The translations under genes and the position numbers were made by a program. 64,000 nucleotides of DNA from assembly GCA_963847185.1 (NCBI GenBank), contig CAWJYV010000008.1, positions 704,001 to 768,000 on the forward strand, given 5' to 3'. Source of the DNA: an uncultured Methanosarcinaceae archaeon. Its GTDB lineage: Archaea; Halobacteriota; Methanosarcinia; Methanosarcinales; Methanosarcinaceae. The notes under the pieces were generated by a model. The model made no database searches. It was not told the origin of the DNA and saw nothing but the letters and a program-made list of their open reading frames with translations. Position 1 is the stretch's first letter, and each line of letters begins with the position of its first letter. Positions 1 to 11,350 of this stretch are shown here, piece after piece.

Positions 1-1113
1 AGTAGCAAGTATCATCTCCATCGCACCTCTTGCATTCATTGCAAAACCCACTGCAATTGACTGCCTCCAGGGCATCTTACTTATCATCAAGCCGAGTGCC
101 ACTCCAAGTACCTTACCCAGACATGCAACGATAAGAACTGCAAGCACTAGGACCAAATCAAATGATTCGACAAAATTAGCCCTCAAACCGATTGAAACAA
201 AATATAGAGGAGCAAAAAAATACATCACGAACTGATAGACCATCTCATGTGCATCTTCACGCTTGTCAAGATTCTGAGAGAAAGCAAGACCCACTAAAAA
301 AGCACCGAATACGGAGTGAATTCCTATCAATTCAGCACAGGCTGCAGCCAACAATACAAGAACAGTCGTAATTCCAAGGAATGAGCCAGGCCAGGGTAGG
401 TGTGATTTGAACCATTTTTGAGATCTTTGAGCCAGAAACCGGCCTATCGTAATCATGAAGACAAATAGTAAAAGCACCAGAACGAAAGTAATGTAAGGCG
501 GAATATTCATGACGCTCTCATGTGCGAAATTGCTCAATATAAAAGCAAATAGAGACCAACCTATAAGATCATCAATGGTTGCAGCGCCAGTAATGATCAT
601 TCCTATATTTGTCTTCATCAGGTCAAGATCCATCAGGGTTCTTACAATAACCGGAAGGGCCGATATAGACAGTGCCGTGCCCATGAACATCGCAAAAAAT
701 AATGTTCTGCCATAAAAATGCTCTCTCCATAGATCCGGAAATAAAAAGACCATCCCGATACCCATTATAAATGGTACTACTATACCCATTAAACTGGCCC
801 AGGCTATATTAGTGCTCTGTTTTCTGATAAGATCAAGGTTCATCTCCAAGCCTGCAGCGAATAAAAAGAAAAGCATGCAGATCTGGATAAGTGCATCCCT
901 GCCCTGAAAAACGGCACCTGTATCCGGGAATAATAAGTGATAAGTGTCAGGGCTAAGCCATCCCCAGACAGTAGGGCCGAGAATGATACCCCCAAAAAGC
1001 TCACCAAAAACCGCAGGAAAGCCAAGTCTGCTCATTATATGCCCACAGAACAGAGCCATAAGAAGCATCACAGCGATCTCAAGGAAAAAAATTACCATAT
1101 CCTTTGGGATCAT
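1..1113 (-). CDS. cation:proton antiporter (CPA2/Na_H_Exchanger family), runs off the left window edge
   Basis: Hand translation from ATG 1113: MIPKDMVIFFLEIAVMLLMALFCGHIMSRLGFPAVFGELFGGIILGPTV...LFAAGLEMNL...GTALSISALPVI...AATIDDLIGW. Probably absent from the ORF track because no stop lies in the window. Confidence 0.9.
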   Translation of the reverse strand, partial: MIPKDMVIFFLEIAVMLLMALFCGHIMSRLGFPAVFGELFGGIILGPTVWGWLSPDTYHLLFPDTGAVFQGRDALIQICMLFFLFAAGLEMNLDLIRKQSTNIAWASLMGIVVPFIMGIGMVFLFPDLWREHFYGRTLFFAMFMGTALSISALPVIVRTLMDLDLMKTNIGMIITGAATIDDLIGWSLFAFILSNFAHESVMNIPPYITFVLVLLLFVFMITIGRFLAQRSQKWFKSHLPWPGSFLGITTVLVLLAAACAELIGIHSVFGAFLVGLAFSQNLDKREDAHEMVYQFVMYFFAPLYFVSIGLRANFVESFDLVLVLAVLIVACLGKVLGVALGLMISKMPWRQSIAVGFAMNARGAMEMILAT

Positions 1114-1551
1114 ATAGTCTCACCATAATGTTTTTGCATTTAACATGGATATTTAAAGGATATAGCCATGGTTCTCACAAATTACATCTAAACAATTGCT
1201 AAGTAAATTTTTTTTCATCCGCAAGTTTGTCTGAACCATACAGAAAGAACCCATAGGCCGCTTATTGATCTTATCTAATATAAACTATTGCTTATCAGAA
1301 AATGAGTTTTCTTACTTTTAAGTATATAGATTTAAACGCAAATATTGGTTTCAGGCATCGAAAACCTGACTAGAGTCGAGATTCAGGTCAGATATTGTAT
1401 AACATATTATTTGTATAAATGTGCGGAAATTAAGTAATTTGTCGTATAATTTTAAGATCCATTAACCAAGAGTATTAATTAGTAGACAATAAATCAAAGT
1501 GGGTTAATTCTCACCTAACACAAATAACAGAGATCTGATGTAAAGACTTAC

Positions 1552-2197
1552 ATGGGGAGTATAGAATATTTCGCGGATCTTTTTCTACATTTTGACACTC
1601 ATTTCAGTGCAATAACAAGTGAATATGGTCTACTTGTATATTTACTGTTGTTCACACTTGTTTTTTGTGAGACAGGCCTGGTGATAACTCCTTTTTTACC
1701 TGGTGACTCTCTGATCTTCGCAACAGGGGCTTTGGCTGCTACAGGTTCTCTAGAGTTATTAACTATATTAATTATTCTATGTATAGCAGCATTGCAGGAT
1801 ATACGGTCAATTATCACATAGGCCATTTATTAAGAAATACGATGGCGAACCATGAAAAAATGAGGTTCATTAAAAAGGAACACTTTGGCCGTACTCAGGA
1901 ATTCTTTGAAAAATATGGGGTGAAAACCATAATAATAGCTCGCTTTATTCCTATCATCCGCACTTTCGCCCTTTTTGTAGCAGGAGTAGGAACAATGCCT
2001 TATTCAATTTTTGTTAGCTACAATATAATAGGTGGAGTAGATGAGTAATGTCATTCCTTTTAGAAGGATACTTTTTTGGAAATTTGCCGATTGTAAAGAA
2101 TAACTTCAGCTTTGTGATAATTGGAATAATTTTTATTTCACTACTTCCAGGCATTGTCACATATATCCAGAGCAAACGTGCTTCAAAAATGATATAA
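1552..2197 (+). pseudogene. dedA: DedA/VTT-domain membrane protein, frameshifted
   Basis: FCETGLVITPFLPGDSLIFATG, ARFIPIIRTFA.FVAG and GYFFGNLPIVKNNF motifs spread over several frames (breaks near 1790 and 2040). Confidence 0.85.
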
Positions 2198-2550
2198 AGA
2201 GCGAAGAAACCATACATAAAGGAAGTATTTTCACCAAATTTCTGAAAGTAAAAGCTAAAATCGAATACTTTTACCAGATCGATTAATCCCAGATTTTTTA
2301 GTATTTTTAATATTGTTTTCATCTCGATTTATACCATGTTAATAATTATCTGTAGATCCTCCAGTTTGTTGAAAGGTAAGATATTAAACAATTAGAAGTT
2401 CAGTTTTATAACTGATCTTTCGTTGCATTCCTGCTGGGGAAGTTTAGTTTTATAACACTTTGCTTTTATGAGTTTAATGTAGTTACTAGATTGAAAATAA
2501 TCCAAGTATAAACTGCATCGAGATGAGAAGCTAGCTGGTATAACTTATAT

Positions 2551-3428
2551 TTGAATGCTGGAAAAACAACACAAGTGAAAAATACAGAACACGGAGAATC
2601 ATATGTGACTGTCGGATATGCTGATCTTGGAGACGGAAAGCTCTATTATGAAATAGAGGGAAAAGGGGAGACGCTTGTGCTTTGCCATGCGGGTTTTGTT
2701 GACAGCCGTATGTGGGATGATCAATGGGATATTTTCACACAAAATTATAGGGTTCTTCGCTTTGATATGCGCGGATTTGGAAAATCGGATCCTGTAACAG
2801 GTCCCATTTCTCGCCGTAGAGATCTGTATTGTTTATTGCAGAAACTCGGGATCAAAAGTGCACATTTATTGGGTTGCTCAATGGGGGGGAAATAGTCATA
2901 GATTTTACGCTTGAACATCCAGAGATGGTATCGTCGCTGGTTACAGTTAGCGGAACTCCAAGTGGCTTTGAAATGCAGGGCGAACCTCCATCCGAAATTC
3001 TGGAAATGCTACAGGCACTTAAGCAGGGTAATCTCAAGAGAGTAAGTGAACTGCAGATCAGGCTCTGGATTGACGGAATTTACCGTCAGCCAGAACAGGT
3101 AGACCCTGAAGTTCGTAAGAGAGCGGCTGAGATGAACCGGATAGCAGTAGAAAACGGAACATGGACTAGAGCTGATGCTAATCCGTTAAATCCGCTAAAT
3201 CCTCCGGCTGTTGAGAGGCTGACTGAGATTGCCGTTCCTGTACTAGTTCTGGCTGGTTCACTGGATCATCCGGAAGTCTTCAGAGCCGCTAACCTGCTGG
3301 AGAATGAGATAAGGGATGCAAAAAAGATCATTTTGTCGGATACTGCTCATATACCAAATATGGAAAAACCTGCCGAATTTATCCGGATAGTGCTGGATTT
3401 CTTAAGTGAGATTTCTGAACTTAAATAA
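2551..3428 (+). pseudogene. alpha/beta fold hydrolase, split by a frameshift in a G7 run
   Basis: LCHAG, FDMRGFGKS and GCSMGG nucleophile elbow, then GSLD and TAHIPN in another frame; break at 2881-2890 (atggggggga). Confidence 0.85.
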
Positions 3429-3694
3429 CGGATATTATATACAAGAATTGAGATATGGACTGGCAGCCCCTGTTTTCAATGTATATTTGATGTATTATAG
3501 AACACAAAAAATAGAATCAGTCTTAAATATGGGCACAACTGAGTTACTATAAGCTACACTCCAAATTAGTGCCCTTTCTATCATCTGACCCGACTGTGCA
3601 GAAAGTTAAGAAAGGTTCTAAACAGATCGGTTCCAAGTAAACCGATTCAAAGCAAACTTTATCTGAGATGAAAATATCTTATAAGAGGATAGCA

Positions 3695-4009
3695 ATGCAG
3701 CAGTATAAATTAAAACGAGGCTTTAAACCTGAGATTGACAGGATTTGCTCGGTAATGCAGGAAACTTTTCCCGCAGAAATCTCCAGAAACGGAGAATACC
3801 TTGAGACATCCTATGGAGCTATGTCAAAGATAAAGGTCTGGATCGAAAACAAGATGATGTGTGTGGACACCGTTTCCGACAAGACAGTAACAAATGACGA
3901 GGTTGTCATGCAGACCAATAAAGCTTTCCGGGATTTCCTTCTCAAAGCTACAGGATACACTGCTAAAGAGCGAATAAAAAATGCTAAAAAGGAAGTCGGA
4001 GAAGAATAA
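3695..4009 (+). CDS. conserved archaeal protein (DUF5611-like)
   Basis: MQQYKLKRGFKP...FRDFLLKATGYTAKER; ATG follows a GAGGA Shine-Dalgarno. Confidence 0.75.
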   Translation: MQQYKLKRGFKPEIDRICSVMQETFPAEISRNGEYLETSYGAMSKIKVWIENKMMCVDTVSDKTVTNDEVVMQTNKAFRDFLLKATGYTAKERIKNAKKEVGEE

Positions 4010-4075
4010 AACTCTTGACAACCAATTCTTATTTTAATTGTACCATCTCCACATCCCTTACCTGGAGGTATCTTT

Positions 4076-4588
4076 TTGAATATGGATTTTCTGGAAAAAC
4101 TGAAGAGCTTTGAGATCCCCACCTGCCTTCGGGTCTGCTGTGGGACCGACGGCTCTGTGACCTTTCTCTTAGAGATTATGACCCGAAAGCCTGTAACCGT
4201 AACAACCGAATCTCAGTACACAGTTAAAGCCGATAAAGAGATGGCTGCCCTTCTTGAAGTGGAAGAAGGCAGTGAAGTAAATGACAGAGTAGTCAGGCTT
4301 TCTGCAGGAGATACGGTTTTCGTGCAGGCAAGATCCCTTTCTCCCCTGAAACGCATGCCTGAAACAATGAAAGAACAGCTTATGCGTGCGGATATCCCCA
4401 TAGGCCGGATACTGCGCAGCCACAACCTGGAGACCAGGCGTGACATGGGTGAACTTGAAATTCTGGAAGGAGAATCCACTTTTGACGGAATCCCGGTCCT
4501 TTCCCGCTCCTACAAAATAGTCCATGACAATCATGTCCTGATGTGGATCAACGAGCGCTTCCCCATAGATAAACGCTGGGGATTATAA
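4076..4588 (+). CDS. chorismate pyruvate-lyase-like protein (DUF98 family)
   Basis: TDGSVTFLLE, ADIPIGRIL and INERFP motifs; GGAGGT SD upstream. Confidence 0.8.
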   Translation: MNMDFLEKLKSFEIPTCLRVCCGTDGSVTFLLEIMTRKPVTVTTESQYTVKADKEMAALLEVEEGSEVNDRVVRLSAGDTVFVQARSLSPLKRMPETMKEQLMRADIPIGRILRSHNLETRRDMGELEILEGESTFDGIPVLSRSYKIVHDNHVLMWINERFPIDKRWGL

Positions 4589-4773
4589 CAGGAAGAAGAG
4601 CTGTAGAATAAATCTAAGAAATCTATGCGTTTTTAGATCCAACCTTTCTATTTTTTAGAAATATATTTACGGATTTTCCGGCAGTCTATATATATTTTTC
4701 TTCTGTCAATCACGCCAGTCGAAACCTTTATATCTCTGCTGTGATATTTTGGAGATGCTCTTAGAGCAACAGT

Positions 4774-4845
4774 GCCTTGGTGGCTTAGAGGCATAGCGCG
4801 TCCTTGGTAAGGACGAGGTCGCGGGTTCAAATCCCGCCCGAGGCT
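4774..4845 (+). tRNA. tRNA-Thr(GGT)
   Basis: Cloverleaf GCCTTGG...CCGAGGC-T, anticodon arm CGTCC-TTGGTAA-GGACG, T-loop GGTTCAAATCC; TATA box cctttatatc upstream. Confidence 0.96.
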
Positions 4846-5684
4846 TTTTACTTTTTTGTTTTTCCTTTATATACTGCAGGTTCAAAGCCTACTTTCGTTA
4901 GAAGGTAGACGAACTATGGTGGGTATATATAAGCTAAATTTCTGTACATTTGGGACTTCTTGAAATTTCTTCATATTCAAAGAGAATAAAGAGCTAATTA
5001 CTCCTCAATTATTCCCAGTAACGCAGAATATATTCCAGCATCACATGATCCTTTTTAAACGAACCCTCCCGGATATTGGGATACACGTTTTTATCTTTCA
5101 AATTTCAAGAAGGGGTTATGATACAGGATACAGAACAGATAATCCCAATGAAGTAACAAGCATACCTCCTTAGACAATATGTGTACAAGACTTCGACATA
5201 AATATCTAATCTATAAAAGTATATATCAAAGTACAACTACAGTAAATTAATGAATTTCAGTTCTCTTCATGGGATTCTTTTCTTCTCGATATTTTTTGTT
5301 GTGGCAACGAATATAAGTTAGATGACAAAACAGGGGTTTTACAGAACTTTTAATGTATTTGGTGAACTCACACACCAGTACCTGTTCCAGCATAATAAAT
5401 CAGGTTTATACGCATAATACTCGATTTCTGTTTGTATCGTGAAAGTTACCAGAGAAGATCTTTTCAGCATAATTACCTCAAAAATAGATACCCTACTTCT
5501 TTCAAATGACTCACACACTATCAGATTTTTAAAATTAATATATGGTTAATTATATAAATACTGGCAGATAATGCATACAGTCTCTAGCAAGGTAAATTTG
5601 TTTAGGGATAATAAAACAGATAATTGGACTTAGCCAGCTTGAAGCGACAAAAACTGAGCCCTTGATTATCAGAGAAGGTTCTAA

Positions 5685-8324
5685 ATGGAAGAAAAACTGA
5701 GAAAATCTGATACCGAGCTAAAGAGCATAGATGAAACACTGAGTAAGAGAAATCAATGTTTCAAGCTGAAATTTGAGACCAGTCTCCCAGATTCTCAGAG
5801 GGTAGAAAACCTTGAGTTGGCTGAAATTATTGATGTACAGGCAGTCCAGTCCCTCATGGATGACTTTTATAAATTTGTTCACATTACAATGGCATTGCTT
5901 GATCTCAAAGGAAACGTTCTGGTAGGTGTAGGGTGGCAGGATATCTGCACCAAGTTCCACAGAGTTCATTCCGAAACATGTAAGCACTGTGTAGAAAGCG
6001 ATACGAAGCTGTCCGCAGGCGTTCCTCTGGGAGAATTTAAGTTATACAAGTGCAAAAACAACATGTGGGACATAGTAACTCCAGTTTTCTCTGGTAGCCA
6101 GCATGTCGGCAATATCTTCTCAGGACAGTTCTTTTTTGAAGATGAGCCTATAGACTATGAGCTTTTCAGATCCCAAGCAAAAAAATACGGCTTCAATGAA
6201 GAGGAATACATCTCAGCTCTGGAAAAAGTTCCACGGCTGAGCAGGGACACTGTTGAAAACTAGCATGTCCTTCTTCATGAAACTTGCTAATATGCTCTCA
6301 CAGCTAAGCCACAGTAACATCAAGCTGGCCCACTCGCTGGAAGAACGTGATACCCTGGTGGATGAGCTGCAGAAGAATAGAGAAGATTTCGACCGTGCCC
6401 AGGCTGTAGGAAATATCGGAAGTTGGCGTCTGGATGTATGCAAAAATGAATTAAAATGGTCCGATGAAAATCACCGTATTTTCGGCATCCCAAAAGGTAC
6501 TCCTTTGACTTATGAGACTTTTCTTTCAACAGTTCATCCGGATGATAGGGAATACGTTGACAAAGAATGGAAGGCTAGCTTGAAGGGCAAACCACATGAC
6601 ATCGAGCACCGCATTATCGTAGACAGTAAGATCAAGTGGGTACGTGAAAAAGCATATCTCGAGTTTAATAAAGATGGAGCTGTCGTCAGCGGTTTTGGTA
6701 TAACGCAAGATATAACCAAGCGCAAGCATGCTGAAGAAGCCCTTAAAAAAGCACATCAAAATTTAGAAGAAAAAGTTAAGGAACGTACAGCAGAGCTTGA
6801 GAAAGCTTACAACTTGTTGAAGGAAAGTGAAAGAGGTCTTGCTGAAGCCCAAAAAATCGCTCATATTGGAAATTGGGATTGGAATTTTGTAACTGGTGAA
6901 GTATACTGGTCTGATGAATTATATCGTATTTTTGGACGCAGTCCACAAGAGTCAGGCGCAACTTACGATGAATTTTTAAATTATATCCATCCCGAAGATC
7001 GAGACCTTGTGAGTAATGTTATCAAAAAATCTTTAAAAGGAAGGCCTCGTGAGATTGATTATAGGATTATCTGCCTAATGGGGAAGAACGCACAGTACAT
7101 GGACAAACTGAAGTTATTTTTAACCAGGATAATATCCCAGTTAGAGCAAAAGGAACAGTTCAGGACATTACAGAAAGCAAGCTTGCACAGCAGAAACTGC
7201 AACAAAGTGAGGAAAAATACCGTTTCTTTGTACAGAGACTTTAAGGGAATCATACTATTCGTCGAAAGAGAGTGAAAAAAGTCTTGCAGAAGCTCAGAAG
7301 ATGTTTTTTCACTGGAAACTGTTAAGGAAATTCAACTGATAAAGCATATGGGGAAGAGGAACTATGTATCGAATGAGTTATGGACACAATCCTTGTAGTT
7401 CCTGAAGATAAGGAGATATTTTTGAGAAGCAGATCGACAACAAGACTAGTGACTAATGCAATTAGGAGACTATTTAGAGGAGAACCGTATGAGTGCAGGA
7501 TTATAGAACTGAATATGCCTAATGGTAAAAAATGTATGGTTTATGCAAATGAGCGAAATAGTCTATAATGAAAAAAATATGCCGATATACACCGGCTTAA
7601 AGTAATATGACATCACTGATGGAAAAAGAGGCTGAAGAAACTCTTAGAAACCTTGAAATAATTCGTAAAAAGGAAATCCATCACAGGATCAAAAATAACC
7701 TGCAGGTTATTTCTTCTCTATTAGATCTTCAGGCTGAAAAATTCAAGAACAGACAATGTGTGAAGGATTCGGAAATTATTGAGGCCTTCAGGGAGAGCCA
7801 GGACAGAGTGACATCAATTGCCTTGATTCACGAGGAACTACACGAAGAGGAAGGAACAACCGATACTCTTGAATTTTTCTCTATACCTGCAGAGACTCGT
7901 TGAGAGTCTATTTCAGACATACAAATTTGGAAATACTGATATCAGCCTAAATCTGAGCCTTGAAGAGAATGTTTTCTTTGACATGGACACTGCGGTTCCA
8001 TTAGGGATGCTTGTTAATGAGCTCGTATCTAATTCTCTCAAATATGCATTTCCGAACAGGGAACAAGGAGAAATAAAGATTAAGCTTTTTGGAAAGAAGC
8101 TGAGCAACAATAAAAGAAGAAACTTACTGAGAAGAGGTACTAAATATACTCTCATCGTCTCAGATAATGGAGTTGGAATTCCCGAAAAAATTAACTTTGA
8201 AAACTCAGATACACTTGGCCTGCAACTTGTGAACCTTCTGGTAGATCAGTTAGATGGCACTATCGAACTAAAAAGAGATCATGGAACAGAGTTCATAATA
8301 TCATTTAACAATATGGAAATATAA
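5685..8324 (+). pseudogene. PocR + PAS sensor histidine kinase (HisKA_2/HATPase), fragmented
   Basis: PocR (GWQDICTKFHR...YKCKNNMWD), PAS repeats (IGSW...WSDE..RIFG), EIHHRIKNNLQVISSLL, NELVSNSLKYAF, DNGVG and LGLQLV over at least five ORF pieces. Confidence 0.9.
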
Positions 8325-8414
8325 GTCAAACTTTTTTCTTTCTTTTGTACTCTTCCATAGAAAGAGATCTTTTGAGTTCTGAGGATCTTTTACTTCTTTG
8401 TGCCTTCATCCTCC

Positions 8415-8645
8415 TTTACAGCAAGTGTTCCAAGTTATTCTTCATTCGTGATTACAGGGAAGAATGATAAGAAAAGCCATTGGCATCAGAACCTTCTACA
8501 GTATCTACAGCCAGTAATGTAAAAAGACAACGCAAGCACTATTGCAGCTAAAGCAACTGAAGGAAATGAAAAGTCCTCAGGGTTTGAATTAGTATTTGGA
8601 CTTGTTTCTCTACTATTCGTATTCTTTAAATTTAAGGAAAGATAA
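8415..8645 (+). pseudogene. orphan 3' end of a PGF-pre-PGF/PGF-CTERM surface-protein gene
   Basis: Hand translation with frameshifts: FTASVPSYSSFVITGK...ASEPSTVSTASNVK/DNASTIAAKATEGNEKSSGFELVFGLVSLLFVFFKFKER*. Confidence 0.65.
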
Positions 8646-8928
8646 TCTTCCCCAATCTTTTTTGAAAATAAATATACTGATTTATAGAAAAACTTCGATA
8701 ATATCAAATAATAATAAAAGCTTTGAATATTAAGGCTATAAGTTTTCGAAGACTCAAAACTTTTTATCATTTAAGTGATATCGCAGCCTGCTTAATGATT
8801 GATGTTGAGGTTTTTCTTGTGTGGAATACAAAAAATCGTTTTACAACATTAATATTTGTCACTTTACTGTTATCTCTACAAGATAAGATGAAGGGTCAAA
8901 TATTGGTGGCTTTGAGGAGTAGGTTATA

Positions 8929-10626
8929 TTGAAATTTTTGCTGTTCATATTCCTGCTCATGTGTCTGACCGGAACTGCATTGGCGGTTGATATTCCGGTA
9001 GGATACGTATCTGGTTACAGTTTGAATTCATCGGGAACGACGTACGTATTAAAGGGAAACATATTGGCAAACACAACCGCGTTTTCCGTAGAAGAAGATG
9101 ATATCGTTTTCGATGGTAATGGACATACGATAGATTGCGGATTAACTAGTGCTGGTATAGGGATAATAAGCAACAACCACAGCAACATCACTATAAAAAA
9201 CGTAAACGTCATACAGCACAATTCGAGCACGTCTTCATATGGGATCCTCACCAAAAATACAGCAAAGACTCTAATAAGTAATTGTTCAGCATCAAGTATA
9301 GCAGGGTCCGGTGTATATGTCAGTGGATCCACTGCAACAGTTGATAGATGCAATATATCATCAATTAGCGATAGATCATTGTATATAGTTGCAAACGATT
9401 CACGTATAACAAACTGTTCGGCTGTGTCTGACTCGAATTACGCGATATGTCTTACAAATGCGAATAATAACACATTGTCAAATTGTACAGGCCGCTCGAA
9501 TACAAGTCGTGGAATTGATTTCAAGACATCAAATTACAATAATGTATCTAATTGTGCTGGGTATTCAAATACGAGTGACGGTCTTTCTTTTTCGTCATGC
9601 AGAAGCAATACTGTTCATACCTCGATTGGGTATACAAATTCGAGTAAAAATAACGGAATATTTCTAATGGATTCATCTCATAATACATTCATAAACAGTA
9701 CCGGATCATCTCACCTCAAATTTGGAATTTACTTATATAATAATACCACATACAACACATTTATAAACTGCTTAGGGGAGTCTTTTGGAAGAGAAAGCAT
9801 CTATCATGGAATATGGTTTAAATTTTCATCTGCTGCATGCTGCGGAACCAATATTTATAAAAACTTTACCAGTCGATCCACACTCACAACAACATGTAAC
9901 GATCCAAATAAGATAATTTGTCTTGCTATGGGCGACTCAATTACTGCAGGCGGTGCGGCTGGGATGCCTTACGGTGCATACATTCATTACGCTAATATCA
10001 CACTAGGCGACAGTGGCTATGTGTTTTATAACAGAGCAATTGCTAATGAAACCGTCGCATCAGGAAGAATGCGATTTTTAGATGAAATGGCAGTGTTTAA
10101 TCCTAAATATGTGACCATTATGTACGGTGCCATTGATTTGAGAGATAAGCGTTCTCAGCAATCTATTATCGACGATATTTTGTGGATGGCGTCACAGGCT
10201 AAAGCGCATGGGGCTATACCCATCATTCTGTTGACCCCCGTTAGAAGAGGTTTAGAAGAGAATACAACATACCTAGACCAGAATTTGTCTACACAAGCGC
10301 TTGCGGCCGGTTACTATGTGTTTAATGTGTATGATATAATCGATACGGTCCCCAATAATGGACAATATGATGCATATAATTCCACGAATTGCGTAGACAG
10401 CATACATCCGACTCAAGCAGCTAATAAATTGATAGGGGAAGTATTAGCGAACTATATCATAGATTTGACAGTTAGCAATGCAAGTTGTTCTGCGTCAAAA
10501 ATAAACACGGAAAAAGCATTGACAAACGCTTCTGAGAAGAAAAACATGAGCATTCCTGGGTTTGAAATAGCCTATGGTATTGTCTGCTTGTTTGGTATAT
10601 TCCTGTACAGAAGACAAAGGGTGTAA
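8929..10626 (+). CDS. surface protein: right-handed beta-helix (NosD-like) + SGNH/GDSL domain + PGF-CTERM anchor
   Basis: Signal peptide, Asn/Ser-rich parallel beta-helix repeats, GDSIT and DSIHP motifs, IPGFEIAYGIVCLFGIFLYRRQR tail. Confidence 0.88.
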   Translation: MKFLLFIFLLMCLTGTALAVDIPVGYVSGYSLNSSGTTYVLKGNILANTTAFSVEEDDIVFDGNGHTIDCGLTSAGIGIISNNHSNITIKNVNVIQHNSSTSSYGILTKNTAKTLISNCSASSIAGSGVYVSGSTATVDRCNISSISDRSLYIVANDSRITNCSAVSDSNYAICLTNANNNTLSNCTGRSNTSRGIDFKTSNYNNVSNCAGYSNTSDGLSFSSCRSNTVHTSIGYTNSSKNNGIFLMDSSHNTFINSTGSSHLKFGIYLYNNTTYNTFINCLGESFGRESIYHGIWFKFSSAACCGTNIYKNFTSRSTLTTTCNDPNKIICLAMGDSITAGGAAGMPYGAYIHYANITLGDSGYVFYNRAIANETVASGRMRFLDEMAVFNPKYVTIMYGAIDLRDKRSQQSIIDDILWMASQAKAHGAIPIILLTPVRRGLEENTTYLDQNLSTQALAAGYYVFNVYDIIDTVPNNGQYDAYNSTNCVDSIHPTQAANKLIGEVLANYIIDLTVSNASCSASKINTEKALTNASEKKNMSIPGFEIAYGIVCLFGIFLYRRQRV

Positions 10627-11350
10627 TTACATAAGAGAAAAGTAGAGGTAAAAGAAAAGAATCGAGAGGAAAAAATCCTCACTTCACTATTTCTTTTTTG
10701 AGAATCATTCAGCCCATCCAAAATCAGTTAACGGTAACAATGTTACAGTAGTCTTTCCTCAGAGTCTGGAGCTATACTCTGAAGATTTGTAAGCGTGGGA
10801 AATCAATTCAAAATAGTCTTCAGGAGCGTTCTAAACTTGCTGTCATCCTATTGAGATTCTAAAAGAAGTACTGCATCAGGACATCAGCTTTTAACATTCC
10901 TGTTAAGCATTCATCAAGCAGACAGAACCTATCCATACTCTAAACAGTGAGCATAGAGCCCTAAAATTAACATATACTTTTTTCTCAGAACTCACAGCGT
11001 AGAATATCCTACAGGCGATCTTATTCTTTTTTAGATAGGCTCTCAGACACATGATTTCTTTTCTGATTCATCCCGCAACCCAAAACACTCTCAAATGCAT
11101 ACATGGAACAAAGATATAAATATTTTAAAGAGGTAAATCTTTTACAACTTTTCTAATTAATTTCAAAAGAAGGGTGTTGTCATGTGAGTAGAACATATAT
11201 TTAAGGAACCTGCCCACAAAATTCCAACTCTTTTTGATAACCCCTATGGGTGCTCATGGGCCTTAAATGGTTTCGTGAAAACGACTACATTCTTGAATAT
11301 ATCCAAAAAATAGGATTTAGAACTTTATCTAGCCAGAAGGAGTCAAAGGT

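Noticed and set aside
509-1128. Short ORFs listed in the first 1.1 kb
   Set aside because: Shadows of the antiporter gene on the minus strand
6255-6270. TAG ending the PocR ORF as a possible pyrrolysine codon
   Set aside because: The protein continues in another frame (ETSMSFF), so this is a one-base frameshift, not amber read-through
11165-11300. Possible structured leader of the PKD/I42 gene (atttaagg/ccttaaat)
   Set aside because: Short AT-rich helices with no second copy for comparison; not distinguishable from chance
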